A DNA stretch of 64,000 bases, taken from Asaia bogorensis (GTDB lineage Bacteria > Pseudomonadota > Alphaproteobacteria > CACIAM-22H2). The stretch covers positions 2,066 to 66,065 of the forward strand of contig CAMDLT010000020.1 of assembly GCA_945901855.1 (NCBI GenBank), written 5' to 3'. The number at the start of each line of letters is the position of its first letter. The stretch's first letter is position 1. Below, one piece after another: positions 1 to 11,184 of the stretch. The notes beneath the pieces are model-generated. The model made no database searches. It was not told the origin of the DNA and was given only the letters and a program-made list of their open reading frames with translations. Made by a program: the position numbers and the translations under genes.

Positions 1-410
1 TTTCGGGAACCGTTTTCGACGGCGATGGCGTTGCGGTTGGCGACGCGCTGCTCGAATTCTGGCAGGCGGATTCGGCCGGGCGCATGCAGGCGTCGAGCGC
101 GCCGCTCCAGGGATTTGCGCGCGTCGCGACGTCCGCAGATGGTGTGTATAAATTGCGCACAGTGCTGCCCGGCGCGCTCGCAGATCAGGCGCCGCATCTG
201 AGCTTGAGCGTGCTGGGGCGCGGGCTGCTCAATCGGCTCCACACGCGGGTCTATTTCGCGGGACAAGTCGCCAACGAACGGGACGCGGTGCTCGCGTTGG
301 TGCCGGTCGAACGGCGCGGCACGCTGCTCGCCGCACTCGAAGCGCCGGGAAAATATCGCTTCGATATCCGTCTGCAAGGCGCTGCCGAAACCGTGTTCTT
401 CCAAGTCTAG
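1..410 (+). CDS. pcaG: protocatechuate 3,4-dioxygenase alpha subunit (5' end outside window)
   Basis: The frame is open from the window edge to TAG at 408-410. The translation (..LLEFWQADSAGR..HLSLSVLGRGLLNRLHTRVYF..) fits the intradiol dioxygenase PcaG pattern, and pcaB/pcaL/pobA lie in the same window. Confidence 0.8.
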   Translation, partial: SGTVFDGDGVAVGDALLEFWQADSAGRMQASSAPLQGFARVATSADGVYKLRTVLPGALADQAPHLSLSVLGRGLLNRLHTRVYFAGQVANERDAVLALVPVERRGTLLAALEAPGKYRFDIRLQGAAETVFFQV

Positions 411-411
411 A

Positions 412-1674
412 CTAGAAGCGCGGCCGTTTGGAGCTCCAGTCGGGTCGGTATTTGCGCATCTCCTTCGCATCGTCCCGGATGCGAATGCCGCAATCCAGAT
501 ATTGCCGGTGCAGCGTTGCCAGCGCCGCGCGGTCGAGCGTGACGCCGAGTCCAGGCCCCGGCGGCGGCGCGAGGCTGCCGCCCTCGAATTCCAGCTTGCC
601 GCCCGCGATCACCTCTTCGACCTGCCAAGGATAGTGCGTATCGCAGGCGTAGGCGAGATTGGGGATCGTCACGCCGACATGCGTCATAGCGGCAAGGCTG
701 ATGCCCATATGCGAATTCGAATGCATCGAAATGCCGAGCCCGAACACGCGCCCGATCTGGGCCAAATGCTGGGTCGCCCGCAACCCGCCCCAATAATGGT
801 GGTCGCTGAGGACAACTTGCACGGCGTCGAGCCGCACCGTCTTGGGGATATGGCCGAACGCGATCGTCACCATGTTGGTGGCCAGCGGCATCGTTGCGAA
901 TTTTGCAACTTCGCCCATCTCGTCGAGGCTGCCGACCGGATCTTCCAGATATTCGAGCAGCCCGTCGAGTGCGGGCATCAATCGACGCGTTGTTTCGACC
1001 GACCAGCCGCCGTTGGGATCGATCCGCAGCGGATGGTCGGGGAACGCGGCGCGCAGATGGCGCAGCGTTTCGATTTCAAAATCGGGCTCGAACACGCCGG
1101 CCTTCAGCTTGATCGATCCGAAGCCGCATTCCCGCACCATGCGCTGGGTCTGCGCGACGATCTGCTTGTGGTCGATTGCCTCGCCCCAATCGTCGGCGGG
1201 ATAGCCGGGATCGTCTTTGTGGCGCTCGAACTTGTAGAACAGATAGGCGCTGTAGGGCACGCGCTCGCGCACTTTGCCGCCCAGGATCTGCCAGAGGGGC
1301 AGGCCCGCGATCTGGCCCTGCAAATCCAAAAACGCGACTTCGAAGGCGCCGACGGCACTCGCCAGCGCCTTGTCTCCCGCAGAAGGGTAAGTCTGGCCTT
1401 CGAAGGAAGCGCCGGTCAGCGCCTCGTAGCCGCGCGCGGCAAGCCCATTCAGATCGAACGGACTGAGCCCGATCAATCGCGGCCCGATCTTGGCGAGATT
1501 CGCCAAAGTTTCGAGATCGCCGTAGCTCTCGCCAAGACCGATACGGCCGTCGTCCGTTTCGATCTCAAGGATGCTGCGCAGCGCCCAAGGCTCGTGCACG
1601 CCGACGACGTTTAAAAGCGGCGGATCGCGGAACGCGATCGGCGTGATGCGGAATGCTGCGATGCGCGGGCTCAT
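412..1674 (-). CDS. gudD: glucarate dehydratase (enolase superfamily)
   Basis: 420 aa. Motifs line up with E. coli GudD as I remember it: IDPNGGW, LEDPVG, ATNM, SDHHYW, HSNSHMGISLAAMTHV, DTHYPWQ and a C-terminal IRDDAKEMRKYRPDW. There is a 4-nt overlap with udh upstream. Confidence 0.85.
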   Translation of the reverse strand: MSPRIAAFRITPIAFRDPPLLNVVGVHEPWALRSILEIETDDGRIGLGESYGDLETLANLAKIGPRLIGLSPFDLNGLAARGYEALTGASFEGQTYPSAGDKALASAVGAFEVAFLDLQGQIAGLPLWQILGGKVRERVPYSAYLFYKFERHKDDPGYPADDWGEAIDHKQIVAQTQRMVRECGFGSIKLKAGVFEPDFEIETLRHLRAAFPDHPLRIDPNGGWSVETTRRLMPALDGLLEYLEDPVGSLDEMGEVAKFATMPLATNMVTIAFGHIPKTVRLDAVQVVLSDHHYWGGLRATQHLAQIGRVFGLGISMHSNSHMGISLAAMTHVGVTIPNLAYACDTHYPWQVEEVIAGGKLEFEGGSLAPPPGPGLGVTLDRAALATLHRQYLDCGIRIRDDAKEMRKYRPDWSSKRPRF

Positions 1675-2483
1675 CGGGCGCGCGCCGGACGCAAGGGGGT
1701 GGCATATTCGGCCGAGCAGAAGGGGCCGCCCTGGTAAAGCAGCGAAACCTCGTCTTGATTCGCCTTCTTCTCGCCTTCTTCGGCGGCTGCGACGTGGTCG
1801 TCAGACGTGTCTTGGGGCTTGTAGCCTAGGCGAAACGCGTTCGAATTGTCGTACCAGGCGCGTGCGTTGTTTGAAATTCCGTAGACGATTTCGCAGCGAA
1901 TCTCGGGATGTTCGAGGCCGATCGCGATCAGCTGGGCCAAATCGCGGCCGCTGATCCACAGCGACAAGGCACGCCTCGTTTCGGGAACAAACGCGGCATT
2001 GCCGATACGGACATTCAGCGTCTCGACGCCGAATTTGTCGGCGTAGAGCGCCGAAAGCGCCTCGCCCCAGCATTTGCTGAGTCCGTAGCGCGAGTCGGGG
2101 CGGATGTCGGCGCGATGGTCGATCTTTTCGCTGCGCGCATGGAACCCGACCGCGTGGTTCGAGCTGCCAAAGACGATCCGCTTGGTGCCCTGGCGACGCG
2201 CGGCTTCGTAAACATTGTAGGTGCCGACGATGTTTGCCTGAAGAATTTTGTCGAAATCGTATTCGACCGACAGCGCGCCCAAGTGGATGACCCTATCCAT
2301 ACCCGTCATCGCTTTTTCGACCGCAGCCATATCGGAAAGATCGCACGGCATGCTCTCTTCGCCGGGCGCAAGATCGCCGATCGGATTGAGGTCGCTCAAG
2401 CGGAGGGTTTCGAACCGTCCTGCAAACTCGCGGCGCAATCGTCCGCCGATATGGCCCGCTGCGCCGGTCATCAATACCTTCAT
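1671..2483 (-). CDS. udh: uronate dehydrogenase (NAD-dependent, SDR/epimerase fold)
   Basis: 270 aa. N-terminal TGAAGHIGG Rossmann motif and YGLSKCWGE (YxxxK). It is collinear with Pseudomonas/Agrobacterium Udh (..LRLSDL.., ..VHLGA.SVE..F..IL..NI.G.YN.YEAAR..). Confidence 0.85.
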   Translation of the reverse strand: MKVLMTGAAGHIGGRLRREFAGRFETLRLSDLNPIGDLAPGEESMPCDLSDMAAVEKAMTGMDRVIHLGALSVEYDFDKILQANIVGTYNVYEAARRQGTKRIVFGSSNHAVGFHARSEKIDHRADIRPDSRYGLSKCWGEALSALYADKFGVETLNVRIGNAAFVPETRRALSLWISGRDLAQLIAIGLEHPEIRCEIVYGISNNARAWYDNSNAFRLGYKPQDTSDDHVAAAEEGEKKANQDEVSLLYQGGPFCSAEYATPLRPARAR

Positions 2484-2537
2484 GCCGTTCCTCCCCGTGT
2501 TTGCGCGAAACTTTAGCCGGGATCCGAGCGGGGCGGA

Positions 2538-2557
2538 AGCGCTAATATATTAGCGCT
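2538..2557. promoter_or_regulatory. perfect 20-bp palindrome AGCGCTAATATATTAGCGCT in the udh/gntR divergent spacer; candidate GntR-family operator
   Basis: Read directly from the sequence. The reverse complement is identical. It sits midway between the udh start (2483, minus) and the regulator start (2583/2592, plus). It is an AT core within a GC-rich genome. Confidence 0.6.
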
Positions 2558-2582
2558 CGACGATACGGCCCGATCTGCTAGA

Positions 2583-3305
2583 GTGCGCGTCATGGCCGAA
2601 GCCCTCGTCCGCCCGCGCAGCGCCAGATTGCGTTCGCTCCGAAAAGCCGCAGTACCGCGCGCGTTCGAGCAATTGCGCGAAGCGATCGTATCGCTGACTT
2701 TGGCGCCGGGCACGGTACTGTCGCGGACAAAGCTCGCGCGCCAGCTCGGCGTGAGCCAGACGCCCGTCCGCGACGCGCTGATGCGGCTTGCTGCCGAAGG
2801 GCTTGTGGAGGTGTATCCCCAGCATGCCACGGTCGTCAGTCTCATCGACCTGACGGCGGCGCGTGCGGCCCATTTTCTGCGCCGCGCGATCGAGCTCGAA
2901 ATCGTTCGCGAACTTGCGATGTCGCCCGATTCCAAGGTCGTTGCCGAACTGCGCGCGTCGCTTGATCGCCAGCGGCGCATCGCAAAGGCCGGCGAGCTCG
3001 GCGCTTTCGCGCACGAAGACCAGGCATTCCATCGCCGCATGTACGAAGCGCGCCAAGTTTTAGACTTGTGGCATTTGGCACGCCGCCAAAGCGGCCAGAT
3101 CGACCGACTGCGGCGCTTGCATTTGCCGGCCCTTGGCAAGGTGCAGATCATTCTCGACGACCACCAGGCGATCGTCGACGCGATCGCCGAACGCCAGCCC
3201 GAAGTAGCGCAGGCATTCTTGCGAAAGCATCTTTCGGGCACGCTTGCCAAGATCGAAAGCCTGAGCGCGCGCTTTCCCGAGTACATCCGCAAAACGCCCG
3301 ATTGA
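2583..3305 (+). CDS. GntR-family transcriptional regulator (FadR/FCD-type C-terminal domain)
   Basis: 240 aa. The N-terminal winged-HTH pattern (..LREAIVSLTLAPGTVLSRTKLARQLGVSQTPVRDALMRLAAEGLV..) is followed by a helical effector domain. The start could be ATG 2592. Confidence 0.85.
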   Translation: MRVMAEALVRPRSARLRSLRKAAVPRAFEQLREAIVSLTLAPGTVLSRTKLARQLGVSQTPVRDALMRLAAEGLVEVYPQHATVVSLIDLTAARAAHFLRRAIELEIVRELAMSPDSKVVAELRASLDRQRRIAKAGELGAFAHEDQAFHRRMYEARQVLDLWHLARRQSGQIDRLRRLHLPALGKVQIILDDHQAIVDAIAERQPEVAQAFLRKHLSGTLAKIESLSARFPEYIRKTPD

Positions 3306-3379
3306 CACACTGATATATTACAGCCTAAATACAGTTCATTCGAAGCGTCGGAAAGGCGCTCGAGCAACGGGAGGAAACC

Positions 3380-5335
3380 ATGGCCGATATCGAAGACACC
3401 TCTTTCGAAAGCGCCGTTTCACGCCGCCATTTGCTGCAAGGTGCGGCAAGCGTCGCGGTACTGGCGGCCGCGCCGACGCTCGTCGCGGCACAGGCTGCGC
3501 CCAAGGAAGCGCCTGAACTCGCGCGCATGGTTGCCGAGGGACGCCTGCCGCCGCTCGCCCAGCGCCTGCCGCAAAGTCCGCTCGTGATCACGCCGCACGA
3601 AACCGTCGGCCGCTACGGCGGCACGCTTCGCCGCGGTCTGCGCGGTTCGGCAGACCATAATGGCATTCTGCGCATGGTCGGCAACCAGGGCCTGGTGCGC
3701 TGGAACTTGGAATTCACGCAAGTGATGCCGAACGTTGCCGAACGCTGGGAAGTCAATGCGGCCGCGACCGAATTCGTCTTCCATCTGCGCGCGGGCATGA
3801 AATGGTCGGACGGCAAGCCTTTCACCGCCGACGACATCGTTTTCGCCATCGAAGACTGCACCAAAAACTCCGAGCTTTATCGCTCGGTGCCCTCGGTGCT
3901 GACGATTGGCGGCAAGCCCGTCGTGGCTTCGAAGGTCAGCGACACGGCCGTCAAATTCACGTTTGAAGCGCCCTATGCGATGTTCCTTGAGAACCTCGCG
4001 ACGCCGCTTGGCCAGCATCCCACGCTGTTCGCTAAGCATTATTGCAGCCAGTTCCATCCTAAGTACAACACCGGGCTCGACGCGCAAGTGCGCGCCGCCA
4101 ACATGTCGGACTGGCCGACGCTGTTCCGCGCGCGCTGCGGGGACATCGAAATTCCTTCGCGCTGGAGCAACGCCGAAAAGCCCACGCTCGACCCGTGGAC
4201 GATCGCAGAGGCCTACACGGGCGGCGCCACCCGCGTGACGATGCGCCGCAATCCTTATTTCTGGCAGGTCGATACTTCGGGCGCGCAGTTGCCCTATGTT
4301 GACCAGCTGACGATGAACATCTCCCAGGACGTCGAGTCGCTGATGCTCGATACGATTTCGGGCCGTATCGACATCCAGGACCGCCACATCGACTCGCTGC
4401 AGAACAAGCCGACGCTGTCGCAGAACATGCAGCGCGGCGCTTACCGGCTCGTCGAACTGGTCGCCTCCGGCGCGCAGCAATGCATGATCTATCTGAACAT
4501 GACGCACAAAGATCCCGCGATGCGCGCCATGTTCGCCAACAAGGAATTCCGGCAGGCGCTGTCGCTCGGCATCGACCGCAAGGAAATCATCGAGCTGGTC
4601 TATCTGGGCCAGTCGGAGCCCTATCAGACTGGGCCGCGTCCGGGCCATCCCTGGTACCATGAAAAGCTCGCGCGCCAGTTCACGGCCCACGATCCGGCCC
4701 AGGCCAACGCAATCCTCGACCGGCTCGGCTATCGGCGCGGACCCGACGGCATGCGCGTGCGTCCCGACGGACAAAAAGTATTTTTCGGCATCGACGTGAT
4801 CCCGACGCTCTATCCCGACGCGGTCGATACGCTCGAACTCGTCAAGCGTCACTGGAACGTTCTTGGCGTCGATATCAAGGTCAACACGATCGAACGGGCG
4901 CTCTACTACACGCGCGGCGACAACAACGACCACGACGCCGCAACGTGGCCCGGTCCGGGCGGTCTCGATCCGATCCTCGACGCGCGCGACTATTTGGCCC
5001 AGCATCCGCAAGGCTCGCGCTACGCCATTCCGTGGACCCAGTGGTACGTTTCGGGCGGCAAAGAGGGCATCGAACCTCCCGAAAGCCAGAAGCGTCGCAT
5101 GAAGCTGTTTGACGATGCGCGCGCAACACCCGACATCGCCAAGCGCGGCGCCGTCGTCAAGGAACTGCTGGACCTTACTGCCGATGCGTTCGAGACGATC
5201 GGCGTGTGCCTGGCTGTGAATTCGTTCGGCATCGCCAAAAACAACTTGCGCAACGTGCCGCTGAAGATGCCGCAATCCTGGAGCTGGCCCAATCCCGGCC
5301 CGGCCTTGCCGCAGCAGTTCTTCTTCTCGAGCTAG
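3380..5335 (+). CDS. ABC transporter substrate-binding protein, family 5 (Dpp/Opp-type), Tat signal
   Basis: 651 aa. Twin-arginine leader SRRHLLQGAASVAVLAAAP..AQA. Typical family-5 SBP length and motifs, and it precedes two permeases and an ATPase. Confidence 0.85.
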   Translation: MADIEDTSFESAVSRRHLLQGAASVAVLAAAPTLVAAQAAPKEAPELARMVAEGRLPPLAQRLPQSPLVITPHETVGRYGGTLRRGLRGSADHNGILRMVGNQGLVRWNLEFTQVMPNVAERWEVNAAATEFVFHLRAGMKWSDGKPFTADDIVFAIEDCTKNSELYRSVPSVLTIGGKPVVASKVSDTAVKFTFEAPYAMFLENLATPLGQHPTLFAKHYCSQFHPKYNTGLDAQVRAANMSDWPTLFRARCGDIEIPSRWSNAEKPTLDPWTIAEAYTGGATRVTMRRNPYFWQVDTSGAQLPYVDQLTMNISQDVESLMLDTISGRIDIQDRHIDSLQNKPTLSQNMQRGAYRLVELVASGAQQCMIYLNMTHKDPAMRAMFANKEFRQALSLGIDRKEIIELVYLGQSEPYQTGPRPGHPWYHEKLARQFTAHDPAQANAILDRLGYRRGPDGMRVRPDGQKVFFGIDVIPTLYPDAVDTLELVKRHWNVLGVDIKVNTIERALYYTRGDNNDHDAATWPGPGGLDPILDARDYLAQHPQGSRYAIPWTQWYVSGGKEGIEPPESQKRRMKLFDDARATPDIAKRGAVVKELLDLTADAFETIGVCLAVNSFGIAKNNLRNVPLKMPQSWSWPNPGPALPQQFFFSS

Positions 5336-5409
5336 CGCCGACGATCGCGGCCGACTCTCGTGTGCGAGGGTCGGCCGCCTTTCCCCAGGAAAAGGAAACA
5401 GACGCGCCC

Positions 5410-6396
5410 ATGCTGCGTTTCATCGTGTCGCGCCTTTTGTGGATGATCCCGTCGCTTGTGGCGTTGAGCTTTCTATCGTTCGTTCTCATCCAACTGCCGC
5501 CGGGCGATTACGTGACGACCTATATCGCCACGCTCGCCGCGTCGAACGAAGTCGTCGACCAGAACACGGCAGCCGATTTGCGCTCGCGCTTCGGGCTCGA
5601 CCAGCCGATCTATGTCCAGTACTGGAAATGGATCTACGGAATTGTCACGGAAGGAAATTTCGGCCTGAGCTTCGAGTGGCAGCAGCCGGTGTCGGAGCTT
5701 ATTTGGGAGCGCATGACGCTCACGCTGTTGCTGACCGTCTCGACGCTGATTTTGACCTGGGGAATTGCACTGCCGATCGGCGTGTTTTCAGCCGTCAAAA
5801 AATATTCGATCGGCGACTACGTCGCCACTTTTTTCAGTTTTCTGGGCCTTGCCGTTCCGAGCTTCCTGCTCGCGCTCGTGCTGATGTACGTAGCGGCCGT
5901 CCAATTCGGCCAGGAAGTCGGCGGGCTGTTCTCGGAGCCGTACAAGACCGCCCCTTGGAGCTTCGGCAAAGTTGTCGATTTGGCGGCGCATTTGTGGGTG
6001 CCGGTCGTGATCCTGGCGGTGTCGGGCACCGCGAGCCTCATCCGCGTGATGCGGGCAAATATGCTCGACGAACTCAACAAGCCCTATGTGACGACCGCGC
6101 GGGCCAAAGGGCTTTCGGAGTTTGCTTTGTTGGTCAAATACCCGCTGCGCGTCGCGCTCAACCCTTTCATCTCGACGATCGCATGGCTACTGCCCAACCT
6201 CGTGTCGGGGTCGATCATCGTGGCGATCGTCCTCAGCCTGCCAACGGCGGGGCCGATGCTGCTGCAATCGCTGATGAGCCAGGACATGTATCTGGCGGGC
6301 GCGTTCGTGCTGCTGATTTGCGCGTTGACGCTGATGGGTTCGCTTGTCAGCGACATTTTGTTGGCCCTCGTCGATCCGCGCATTCGGTTGGAGTAG
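5410..6396 (+). CDS. ABC transporter permease (DppB/OppB-like)
   Basis: Trimmed from ORF 5206-6396 to ATG 5410 (MLRFIVSRLLWMIPSLVALSFLSF..), the typical N-terminus of this family. It is multi-TM and ends ..LVDPRIRLE. Confidence 0.85.
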   Translation: MLRFIVSRLLWMIPSLVALSFLSFVLIQLPPGDYVTTYIATLAASNEVVDQNTAADLRSRFGLDQPIYVQYWKWIYGIVTEGNFGLSFEWQQPVSELIWERMTLTLLLTVSTLILTWGIALPIGVFSAVKKYSIGDYVATFFSFLGLAVPSFLLALVLMYVAAVQFGQEVGGLFSEPYKTAPWSFGKVVDLAAHLWVPVVILAVSGTASLIRVMRANMLDELNKPYVTTARAKGLSEFALLVKYPLRVALNPFISTIAWLLPNLVSGSIIVAIVLSLPTAGPMLLQSLMSQDMYLAGAFVLLICALTLMGSLVSDILLALVDPRIRLE

Positions 6397-6399
6397 CCA

Positions 6400-7523
6400 A
6401 TGGCAGCGCTTGCAGAAGGTTCGGTCGATACCAAGCAGCTTGCGGTCGCCTCGCAATGGCAGCTTTTGTGGTGGGCGTTCCGTCGTCACCATCTGGCGAT
6501 GATTGGGCTGGTGGTGGTTGCCTTCCTGTATCTGATTGCCGCTATCCCGGGGTTTTTTACGACGAACGATCCGGCGCTCCAAAACGCGCGCGCCGCTTTC
6601 CATCCGCCGCAGTCGATTCACTTCTTCGATACAAGTGCGGACGGCAGTTTCGCGATTCGACCCTATATCCATCCCTACACGCTGCGCCGCGACCCAACGA
6701 CCTTGGCGGCGAACTATATCGAAGACCGCGAACGCAAAATCTATCTGGAGTTTTTCGGCAGAGGCTACGAATACAAATTGTTTGGTCTGTTCACGGCCGA
6801 CCGGCATCTGTTTGCGTCGAGCGATCCTCGCCAGCCTTTGTTTCTGCTCGGCGCAGACCGGCTTGGACGGTGCGTGTTCAGTCGTATCATGCAGGGCGCG
6901 CAGATATCGCTGTCGCTGGGTCTTGTCGGCGTATTTCTGTCGCTCGTGATCGGCGTGGTGCTGGGCGGAATTTCGGGCTATTTCGGCGGCAGATCGGATT
7001 TCGTGATCCAGCGGGTCATCGAATTCATTCTTTCGCTGCCCACGATTCCGATCTGGCTTGCCCTTGCCGCAGCGCTGCCGCAGGACTGGCCCGCGACGAC
7101 GCAGTATTTCATGATCACGCTGATCCTGTCGTTGACGAGCTGGGCGCAACTCGCGCGCGTCGTGCGCGGACGCTTCTTGAGCCTGCGCACCGAAGAGTTC
7201 GTGGTCGCGGCACGCCTGGACGGCGCTTCGGAAGGTCGCGTGATCTTCCGGCACATGCTGCCAAGTTTCATGAGCCACATCATCGCGAGCATTACGCTCG
7301 CGGTTCCTGCCATGATCCTGGCCGAAACTTCGCTCTCGTTTTTGGGTCTGGGGCTGCAGCCGCCGACAATTTCGTGGGGCGTGCTACTGCGCGAGGCGCA
7401 GAATATCCGTTCGATCGCGACGGCGCCGTGGCTGTTTGCGCCGGGCTTTGCCGTCGTCGTCGCGGTAATGGCGCTCAATTTTCTGGGCGACGGCTTGCGC
7501 GATGCGGCGGATCCTTACAACAA

Positions 7524-7527
<4 letters not shown>
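6400..7527 (+). CDS. ABC transporter permease (DppC/OppC-like)
   Basis: 375 aa. It has a long N-terminal periplasmic loop, then the EAA-type region (..AARLDGASEGRVIFRHMLP..) and the ending ..GDGLRDAADPY. Confidence 0.85.
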
Positions 7528-9218
<1,691 letters not shown>

Positions 9219-9234
9219 ACCGGGAGAACGAGAC

Positions 9235-10458
9235 GTGCGCATTGTCGATATCGAGACGTTTTTGATGCAAGTCGACGCGCCCAATCTGCGCGGCTGGGCA
9301 TCCGACGGGTCTTTCGGCACGGGCAAAATGAAGGCGGGCCTGGTCGGCACGCGCAATTGGCTGTTCGTCAAAATCCACACCGACGAAGGCATCACGGGCA
9401 TCGGCGAATGCAGCGGCTGGCCGCGCGTAATCCAGACGGCCGTGCAGGACCTGAAATCGATTTTGGTGGGCGAAGACCCGACGCATATCGAACGGCTGTG
9501 GCAGAAGATGATGAGCGCCATCATGGGTCACGGCATGACCGGTACCGTCGGCGCGGGGGCCATGACCGGCATCGACATGGCGCTGTGGGACATCAAGGGC
9601 AAGGCGCTGAACACGCCTGTATGGAATCTTCTTGGCGGAAAAATTCGCGACAAGATCCGCATCTATGCGCACGCCAACGCGCCTGAGGTCGCACTCGATC
9701 TCAAACGGCGCGGCATCAGCGCGATCAAATGCGGCGGCGTATCGGATCCCGTGCGCAAAGTTGCTGCGCTGCGCGAAGCCATCGGGGACGAGATGGATTT
9801 GATGATCGATCTGCATGGGCCGCCGTGGTTGACGCCTGCCGACGCAGCGCAAGTGGCGCGGGCGCTGGAACCCTACCGTCTGATGTTCGTTGAAGATCCG
9901 ATCGCGCCCGAAAATCTCGACGGCTTCCGGCGCATACGCGATGCCGCCAACGTGACTCTGGCAGCGGGAGAGCGTATGGCAACCGTCTACGGGCTGCGCG
10001 ATCTGATCGAAAAAGATCTGGTCGATATCGTGCAGCCCGATACGGGCCGGGCGGGCGGCATCACGCAGATGAAAAAGATCGCCGCAATGGCCGAAGCGCA
10101 TCACATCATGATGGCCCCGCATTCGGGATCGCTCGGGCCCGTCGCGGAATATGCGGCCCTCCATGTGATGGCGGCCATTCCCAACGCGTTGATTTTGGAA
10201 CGTATCGAAGACGATTGGGCGGGGCGTGCGCAAACCGTGGTTCCCCATCCGGTGCAGGAAAACGGCTTCCTCAAAGTGCCGGACGCGCCCGGTCTGGGCG
10301 TGGACATCAACGAGGAATTCGTCAAGCGCTTCCCCAGCGAATGCAACGTGTCGATTCCGGGCGCAATGAAAAGCGGCGCCTATGCCGAGGGCACTTATGA
10401 CGAGAGCGTCTATGTCCAGACGCGTCTCAAACGCGGCGTCTATTTTCCGAAAGGCTAG
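9235..10458 (+). CDS. enolase-superfamily enzyme (mandelate racemase/acid-sugar dehydratase subgroup), substrate unknown
   Basis: 407 aa with a GTG start after GGGAGA. Motifs GIGEC.., ..IDMALWDIKGKALNTPVWNLLGG.., ..DLHG.., ..FVEDP.., ..GER.., ..DIVQPD...GGIT. Confidence 0.85.
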   Translation: MRIVDIETFLMQVDAPNLRGWASDGSFGTGKMKAGLVGTRNWLFVKIHTDEGITGIGECSGWPRVIQTAVQDLKSILVGEDPTHIERLWQKMMSAIMGHGMTGTVGAGAMTGIDMALWDIKGKALNTPVWNLLGGKIRDKIRIYAHANAPEVALDLKRRGISAIKCGGVSDPVRKVAALREAIGDEMDLMIDLHGPPWLTPADAAQVARALEPYRLMFVEDPIAPENLDGFRRIRDAANVTLAAGERMATVYGLRDLIEKDLVDIVQPDTGRAGGITQMKKIAAMAEAHHIMMAPHSGSLGPVAEYAALHVMAAIPNALILERIEDDWAGRAQTVVPHPVQENGFLKVPDAPGLGVDINEEFVKRFPSECNVSIPGAMKSGAYAEGTYDESVYVQTRLKRGVYFPKG

Positions 10459-10461
10459 GCC

Positions 10462-11184
10462 ATGGCATCCACATATTCGGACGCGGTGCGCGAACAGCTG
10501 TTGGGCGTAAGCACCGCGACCTTGTGCACGGCCTTGTTCAAGCGCGGTCTGCGCAACCAGTTTGTCCAGGATGTGCGCCCGCTCGCATCCGATTTGCCCA
10601 ATATGGTCGGGCCTGCCTACACGCTGCGCTACATCCCCGCGCGCGAAGACTTGAACACCATCGCCGTGTTCCAGGATCGCGCGCACCCGCAGCGCAAGGC
10701 GGTCGAAGAATGTCCGCCCGGTTCCGTGCTGGTTATCGACAGTCGCAAGGATGCGCGCGCAGCGTCGGCGGGCGGAATTCTGGTCTCGCGCTTGATGAAG
10801 CGCGGCGTTGCCGGCGTCGTGACCGATGGCGGCTTTCGCGATTCGCCCGAGATCGCGGCGCTGCCTTTTCCTGCCTACCACCATCGTCCGTCCGCGCCGA
10901 CGAACCTGACGCTGCACCAGGCCGTCGATATCGGCCTGCCGATCGCCTGCGGCGATGCGGCCGTGTGGCCAGGCGACATAATTGTCGGCGATCGCGAGGG
11001 CGTGATCGTGATCCCCGCGCACCTCGCAGCGGAGATCGCCGCCGAGGCTGTCGAGATGACGGCGTTCGAGGATTTTGTGTTCGAAAAGATTCTCGAAGGC
11101 CGCTCGATTATCGGTCTCTATCCGCCGACCGACGACATTTCGAAAACCGATTTTGCGGCCTGGCGCATCGCCAAGAACCGCTAG
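10462..11184 (+). CDS. RraA-like / HMG-CHA aldolase family protein
   Basis: 240 aa. The family pattern ..TATLCTAL.., ..GSVLVID.., ..AGGILVSRLMKRGVAGVVTDGGFRD.., ..GDIIVGDREGVIVIP is recognised by eye. It starts 3 nt after the enolase gene stop. Confidence 0.75.
   Translation: MASTYSDAVREQLLGVSTATLCTALFKRGLRNQFVQDVRPLASDLPNMVGPAYTLRYIPAREDLNTIAVFQDRAHPQRKAVEECPPGSVLVIDSRKDARAASAGGILVSRLMKRGVAGVVTDGGFRDSPEIAALPFPAYHHRPSAPTNLTLHQAVDIGLPIACGDAAVWPGDIIVGDREGVIVIPAHLAAEIAAEAVEMTAFEDFVFEKILEGRSIIGLYPPTDDISKTDFAAWRIAKNR

Noticed and set aside
412-1674. Possibility that the enolase-family gene next to udh is a galactarolactone cycloisomerase (Gci, as in Agrobacterium) rather than glucarate dehydratase
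   Set aside because: The motif string and the characteristic C-terminal tail (..RDDA.EM..Y.P.W...RP) match GudD closely as I recall it. I therefore kept the GudD call, but only an alignment or assay can settle it.
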